Below the pieces are notes generated by a model that was not told the origin of the DNA, searched no databases, and saw only the letters and a program-made list of their open reading frames with translations. A stretch of DNA of 12,654 bases from Opitutales bacterium. GTDB taxonomy: Bacteria > Verrucomicrobiota > Verrucomicrobiia > Opitutales > JABSRG01. This document shows positions 8,175-12,654 of this stretch, piece after piece. Each line of letters starts with the position of its first letter. Positions within the stretch are counted from its first letter, which is position 1. Both the position numbers and the translations under genes were made by a program. The DNA is taken from positions 1-12,654 of the forward strand of contig JBMYOQ010000102.1 in the NCBI GenBank assembly GCA_049599475.1, in the 5' to 3' direction.

Positions 8175-11100
8175 ATGGAGCCCAGAGCATTCTCTAGAAA
8201 ATTTGGTCAACAGTTCATTCTCCCATTTTGGATTGTTGCCCTTGTCTTCACTTCAAGTCACCCGGTTGCGTTTGCCAATCCGAGTGGTGCGCAGGTGGTG
8301 TATGGTAGCGCCGCGCTGAGCGAGCAGGGCTCAGTTCTGGAGGTGCGTCAATCTGGTCAAAAATTGATCATTGATTGGCAAGGTTTCTCGATCGACTCGG
8401 GGGAAACCACGCGGTTCATACAGCCCAGCTCAGATGCGGCAGTATTGAACCGAGTTGTTTCGAGCGATTTATCTCAAATCCATGGTAGTCTCTACGCCGA
8501 TGGCCGAGTCTATTTGATTAACCCCAATGGCATCCTCTTCGGCGAAAACGCGCGCGTAGACACCGCAAGTTTCACAGCGTCGACTTTGGGACTGGATAAT
8601 GCGGAGTTTCTCAAGGGTGGCAGTCTTACGTTCAAAGCTGGGCATGGCGACCTGGGCCAAATTGTAAACGCGGGGAGCCTGCGTTCGCTGACGGGTGATC
8701 TCACGCTTATCTCGGAGGTTATACGCAACCAGGGAGATATTTCTGCGCCGAACGGCTCGGTCAATTTGGCTGCTGGGCGGGAAGTGGTCGTGCAGCCAGA
8801 TGCAGAAAAGCGAATCTTTATCACCTTACCCAGTGACCACGCACACCTTGAAAACTCTGGGGCTATCGAAGCGGCGCGCGCTGAGATCATCGCATCCCAT
8901 AGCAATCCTTACAGCCTCGCCATAAATCAAAGCGGAGTTGTGCATGCTACGGGGACTGAAGAGATCGATGGCGAGATCTGGCTCGTAGCCAATGCGGGCA
9001 CCGTAGAAATTTCGGGGGCCATGAGCGCGCAGCAGTCCCTCAACAGGGGCTTCGGTGGAGAAATTCTGGCGACTGGCTCGCGCATTGCCCTGCAGGATGG
9101 GGCGGAGCTTTTGGCGGAAGGAAATGAGGCCGACGGAGGCCGTATCCGGATTGGTGGAAGTCGCCGCGGGCAGGATGAATCCATTTTTCATTCAGATCGG
9201 ACCTATATTGATGCGGGCGCGCGTGTGTCGGTGAACGCTACGGGCACGGGGAATCAGGCTGGGACGCTCATTGCTTGGGGCAACGAAACCCTACGGGCAT
9301 ACGGTGAACTCTTGGCACGTGGGGATAACGGCGCAGATGGGGGATTTATTGAGACCAGTGCGGCATGGTTTGACCTAGGGGATACTACCCCAGATGTCGG
9401 GTCAACCCTTGGAAACGGAGGCTCTTGGTTGATCGATCCTAGCGACATTCGGATAACGGATGGCGCGGGTGATGATTTCGACGACACCGACGCGCCGTTC
9501 GACAATCCCAATCAAGATATTGCAGATTTGGACGTAGATACGGTGTTGGCGGCACTCAGTTCGGGGACTGGGGTGACTGTGATTGTGGAAACGGGAGGAA
9601 CCGGAACCCGTGACGGGGATATCGATATTCAGACCGATATTGACTTTAATGGTATTGGAAATGGCGATACGCTGTGGCTGAAGGCGCATAGAGAGATCGT
9701 TCTCGAAACCGGTATTGCTATCTCGGATACTGTAGGATCAGACGATTCTCTCAATGTGGTTTTTCAAGCAGACAAAGATGGTGATGGGGATGGGCGGATA
9801 GTACTTGATTCTGGCTCGAATATTACGACGGGTGGAGGAGAGATCATTTTGTCGGGAGGTAATTATTCTACTTTGGACGATCTTCGAGATACTGGCTTCG
9901 CAAGTACCCCTTCAGAATTCATTAGTTTGAATGTCGATGGTGCCACATTAGATACGGGTTCCGGAAATATCACTATTCGGGGAGCTGGTGGGGTGCTCGC
10001 TGGAGTACGTCTGCGAAATGCGTTCGACATCTCCACGACAACGGGAAATATCGACATCTACGGAGTCGCATCGACGACGGATACGAGCGCGGTAGGTATC
10101 TTTGTCGATGGTGCGGGTACCCTCACGAGTAACGGCGGTACTGTATCGCTGACGGGTATTGGCAATAGCGACAATTCGGGAACGACCGCGGCGCATGGTA
10201 TTCGTATGGAGAACAACCCAGTTTTTACACTTTCTGGGACCTCAGAGCTTAATTTGGATGGCACGGGCAGTCAGGAACTCAGTGATTCTGCGAATAACGG
10301 AATTCGCCTCCAGGATACCACTCTGTCTGTAGAAAATGGTGCGATGAACCTGATGGGGACTGGAGGCTACGGCACAAACAGTCGCGGTCTCTTTCAGCAG
10401 GAGTCCTTTCTGATTTCTACGGGTAGTGGTGATATAAATATCAATGCCACCAGCCAAGGAGACGAAGGGATTTTAGTATCTGGAGGGGGCTCAAGCTCAG
10501 GTATTGGAGGAGTCGGTGCGTCAGGTAATTTCACCCTGACGGCTGGCACCGTATCGGGGACCGATGCTATTGAATTTACCGGAACTGTGACGATTCAGAC
10601 GAGCGGGTCAGTGACTCTGCAGCCGGCAGACGCGGCGACGACGGTAGGCGTCGGCACGGGATCGACTGGTTTGTTCTATCTCGAGGATGGTGAATTGACG
10701 GATATCGTGGATGGAGTCTCCGGCATTATTATTGGCCGCACCGATGGCACCGCTGCCATGGATGTCCGAGATCAGAGCTGGAACGATCCACTCACTCTTC
10801 AGAGCCAGACTGGGACCATCACCATAAATGCGACTCAAACAATGGCGGCAAACGATATTAGCATCCGCTCAGACTCGATCGATTTTGCAGTCGCGAATAG
10901 CGTAACAGGGACCGGCTCTATATACATTGAACCGGGCCAGACTAGCACCTCCATAGGTCTGGGAGATAGCGCCACAGGCACTTTGAATTTGGACAGCACG
11001 CAACTGGGTCGCCTGGCTGACGGCTTCGAGTCCATCGTTTTTGGACGCACGGATGGCACGGGCGCTATCGATATCGAAGCCCTCACGTTTACTGATGACG

Positions 11101-12654
11101 TCCTACTGCGATCACTCTCAGGCGATATTGATATAGATGGAGCTCTCAATGTAGGGGCAAACGATCTGGGTATCGAAACTGGAGGCTCCGTAACTCAAAG
11201 CGCGGCCATCACCGCTACTGGCCTGGCACTCCTCGGTGCGGGCACCAAGACATTAGAAAATAGTTCAAACGATGTGGTCGATATAGCTACCGATGGAGCA
11301 GGCTCGGTGTCATTTGTGAATCTGGACGACTTCAATGTTGATGGGGTGACCGTTAATGGCACGACGACGTCCGGCCTAAATTCTGATGGAGATATCATCT
11401 TGAGTGTGCTTTCGGGAGATCTCACTATCAATACAGACTCTGATACGAACGGTACGAATGGCGCAACCTGGTGGTTCCAAGCGGAGGATGACATTATTGT
11501 GGGTGGCGGAAATATCTCAGACTCTGTGGGCTCTGACGACATCCTTGACATCATTTTCCAATCGGACAGCGACGGAAGCGATGCCGGAGGTGTGGAATTC
11601 AATGGTTCGAACATCGTCTCGAATGGGGGAGATATTGTAATCTCTGGAGGCAACCATGCTACCATAGAATTGTTAAAGACTACAGGGCTTACTAAAGGTA
11701 CCATAGATACCAGTCAAAGTGGATTCTTTATGAATGGTGCTAGTATCGATTCGGGTGCCGGGGATGTGGTGATACGGGCAGAAGGAAATATTGATCACGG
11801 GATAGAGATACGTAGTGGTGCCTCAATCACGAGTACTTCTGGTGATATTACATTGTTTGGGGAAGGCACCGCTATTAACGACAAAGGTATCCTCATTGAT
11901 GGTAGTAGCTCGATCACTAGTGCGGGTGGCGCAGTTTCGCTCACGGGTATCGGTCAGAGTGGCGCTTCAGACACCGATCGTTTCGCTCATGGTATTCACG
12001 TTATGGGTGGTTCGGATATTAGTTTGAACGGAGCATCTACGCTTTTGCTCGATGGAACGGCTAGCCAGCAGGCCCTTGCGGACCAAAATTACGGTGTCTT
12101 TATCGAAGGTGTGGGGACCGTAGTTTCTGTTGAGAATGGCAACATGACGATCGTCGGGGTGGGTGGAGCTGATGTAGGCGGCTATGGCTTCTACCTGAAC
12201 GATCAAGCTGTAGTTCAATCAACAGGCAGTGGAGATATTTCCATTACCGCGACGAGCGAGGATTCGATCGCCTTCTACACAGATTCAACCTCTGCATTTA
12301 CGCTCGGTGGAGCTAGCATGACCGGAGATATTTATCTGATCGCCAATGATACGACGGCTGCTGATAGCGTTTTACTCGATACCGACCTTACGATCCAAAC
12401 TGCAGGAACCGTCTATTTACAGCCTGGTTCTGCAAGTGAGACGATCGGTATCGGGAATTCGGCTACAGGCGATTTTAATTTGGATGCCGGAGAGCTGGGG
12501 ACGATCACCGATGGTACGGCAGGGATTGTCGTAGGCCGCACCGATGGAACCGCAGCAATCGACGTAGAGGCATTGACATTCACCGATGACGTGATGCTTA
12601 GGTCCCTTACAGGGAATGTGGACATCGATGGAGCTCTCAATTTTGGAACAAATA
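8175..12654 (+). CDS. Large filamentous haemagglutinin-family / two-partner secretion TpsA-type exoprotein (partial, runs off the window end)
   Basis: Manual translation from ATG 8175 (in-frame TAA upstream at 8160) is open to the window end, 1493 codons. Begins MEPRAFSRKFGQQFILPFWIVALVFTSSHPVAFA|NPSGAQVVYG. TPS-domain motifs IIDWQGFSI, FIQPSSDAAVLNRV, GRVYLINPNGILFG, then GGFIETS and GSWLIDP, then G/T/D/S-rich beta-helix-type repeats. Confidence 0.92.
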   Translation, partial: MEPRAFSRKFGQQFILPFWIVALVFTSSHPVAFANPSGAQVVYGSAALSEQGSVLEVRQSGQKLIIDWQGFSIDSGETTRFIQPSSDAAVLNRVVSSDLSQIHGSLYADGRVYLINPNGILFGENARVDTASFTASTLGLDNAEFLKGGSLTFKAGHGDLGQIVNAGSLRSLTGDLTLISEVIRNQGDISAPNGSVNLAAGREVVVQPDAEKRIFITLPSDHAHLENSGAIEAARAEIIASHSNPYSLAINQSGVVHATGTEEIDGEIWLVANAGTVEISGAMSAQQSLNRGFGGEILATGSRIALQDGAELLAEGNEADGGRIRIGGSRRGQDESIFHSDRTYIDAGARVSVNATGTGNQAGTLIAWGNETLRAYGELLARGDNGADGGFIETSAAWFDLGDTTPDVGSTLGNGGSWLIDPSDIRITDGAGDDFDDTDAPFDNPNQDIADLDVDTVLAALSSGTGVTVIVETGGTGTRDGDIDIQTDIDFNGIGNGDTLWLKAHREIVLETGIAISDTVGSDDSLNVVFQADKDGDGDGRIVLDSGSNITTGGGEIILSGGNYSTLDDLRDTGFASTPSEFISLNVDGATLDTGSGNITIRGAGGVLAGVRLRNAFDISTTTGNIDIYGVASTTDTSAVGIFVDGAGTLTSNGGTVSLTGIGNSDNSGTTAAHGIRMENNPVFTLSGTSELNLDGTGSQELSDSANNGIRLQDTTLSVENGAMNLMGTGGYGTNSRGLFQQESFLISTGSGDININATSQGDEGILVSGGGSSSGIGGVGASGNFTLTAGTVSGTDAIEFTGTVTIQTSGSVTLQPADAATTVGVGTGSTGLFYLEDGELTDIVDGVSGIIIGRTDGTAAMDVRDQSWNDPLTLQSQTGTITINATQTMAANDISIRSDSIDFAVANSVTGTGSIYIEPGQTSTSIGLGDSATGTLNLDSTQLGRLADGFESIVFGRTDGTGAIDIEALTFTDDVLLRSLSGDIDIDGALNVGANDLGIETGGSVTQSAAITATGLALLGAGTKTLENSSNDVVDIATDGAGSVSFVNLDDFNVDGVTVNGTTTSGLNSDGDIILSVLSGDLTINTDSDTNGTNGATWWFQAEDDIIVGGGNISDSVGSDDILDIIFQSDSDGSDAGGVEFNGSNIVSNGGDIVISGGNHATIELLKTTGLTKGTIDTSQSGFFMNGASIDSGAGDVVIRAEGNIDHGIEIRSGASITSTSGDITLFGEGTAINDKGILIDGSSSITSAGGAVSLTGIGQSGASDTDRFAHGIHVMGGSDISLNGASTLLLDGTASQQALADQNYGVFIEGVGTVVSVENGNMTIVGVGGADVGGYGFYLNDQAVVQSTGSGDISITATSEDSIAFYTDSTSAFTLGGASMTGDIYLIANDTTAADSVLLDTDLTIQTAGTVYLQPGSASETIGIGNSATGDFNLDAGELGTITDGTAGIVVGRTDGTAAIDVEALTFTDDVMLRSLTGNVDIDGALNFGTN
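9615..12654 (+). repeat. 600-aa (1800-nt) super-repeat within the TpsA passenger, with nested ~103-aa GRTDGT sub-repeats
   Basis: GDIDIQTD (9615) vs GDLTINTD (11415); ISDTVGSDDSLNVVFQAD vs ISDSVGSDDILDIIFQSD; VSLTGIG, AHGI, SVENG and STGSGDI in both units; TIQTSGSVTLQP (10590) vs TIQTAGTVYLQP (12390). GRTDGT occurs at 10734, 11043 and 12534. Confidence 0.9.

Noticed and set aside
8469..12640. Many short ORFs in the track across this interval, mostly on the minus strand
   Set aside because: They are antisense or out-of-frame shadows of the continuous TpsA frame starting at 8175. Their repeated text (e.g. MRAPSISI/MRAPSMST) just mirrors the TpsA repeats.
1..12654. CRISPR arrays, tRNA/rRNA, transposases/integrases, DGR-type near-identical DNA repeats
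   Set aside because: None seen. The repeats present are diverged, protein-level repeats with many synonymous differences.

Overview
Bacterial accessory region, probably from the PVC superphylum (Verrucomicrobiota/Kiritimatiellota-like). This is inferred from a PEP-CTERM protein, a Cys-type sulfatase, a DxDxDG...F-x-R-L module and the lack of clear Shine-Dalgarno sites. There are five credible genes. (1) A 1009-aa secreted modular GH39-like glycoside hydrolase: signal peptide, two ~184-aa tandem repeats of an unassigned domain, an internal module of a type I recall normally sitting at C-termini, then the catalytic domain. (2) A convergent AraC-family regulator. (3) A PEP-CTERM surface protein. 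(4) A divergently transcribed, secreted formylglycine-dependent sulfatase resembling the iduronate-2-sulfatase/S1_7 group. (5) The first 1493 codons of a very large filamentous-haemagglutinin/TpsA-type exoprotein starting at 8175. The ORF track misses it because it has no stop in the window, and it has nested 600-aa and 103-aa repeats. Overall it looks like a small sulfated-glycan utilisation and surface-attachment locus. I found no RNA genes, CRISPR arrays or mobile elements. All family calls come from reading motifs by eye, not from database searches.
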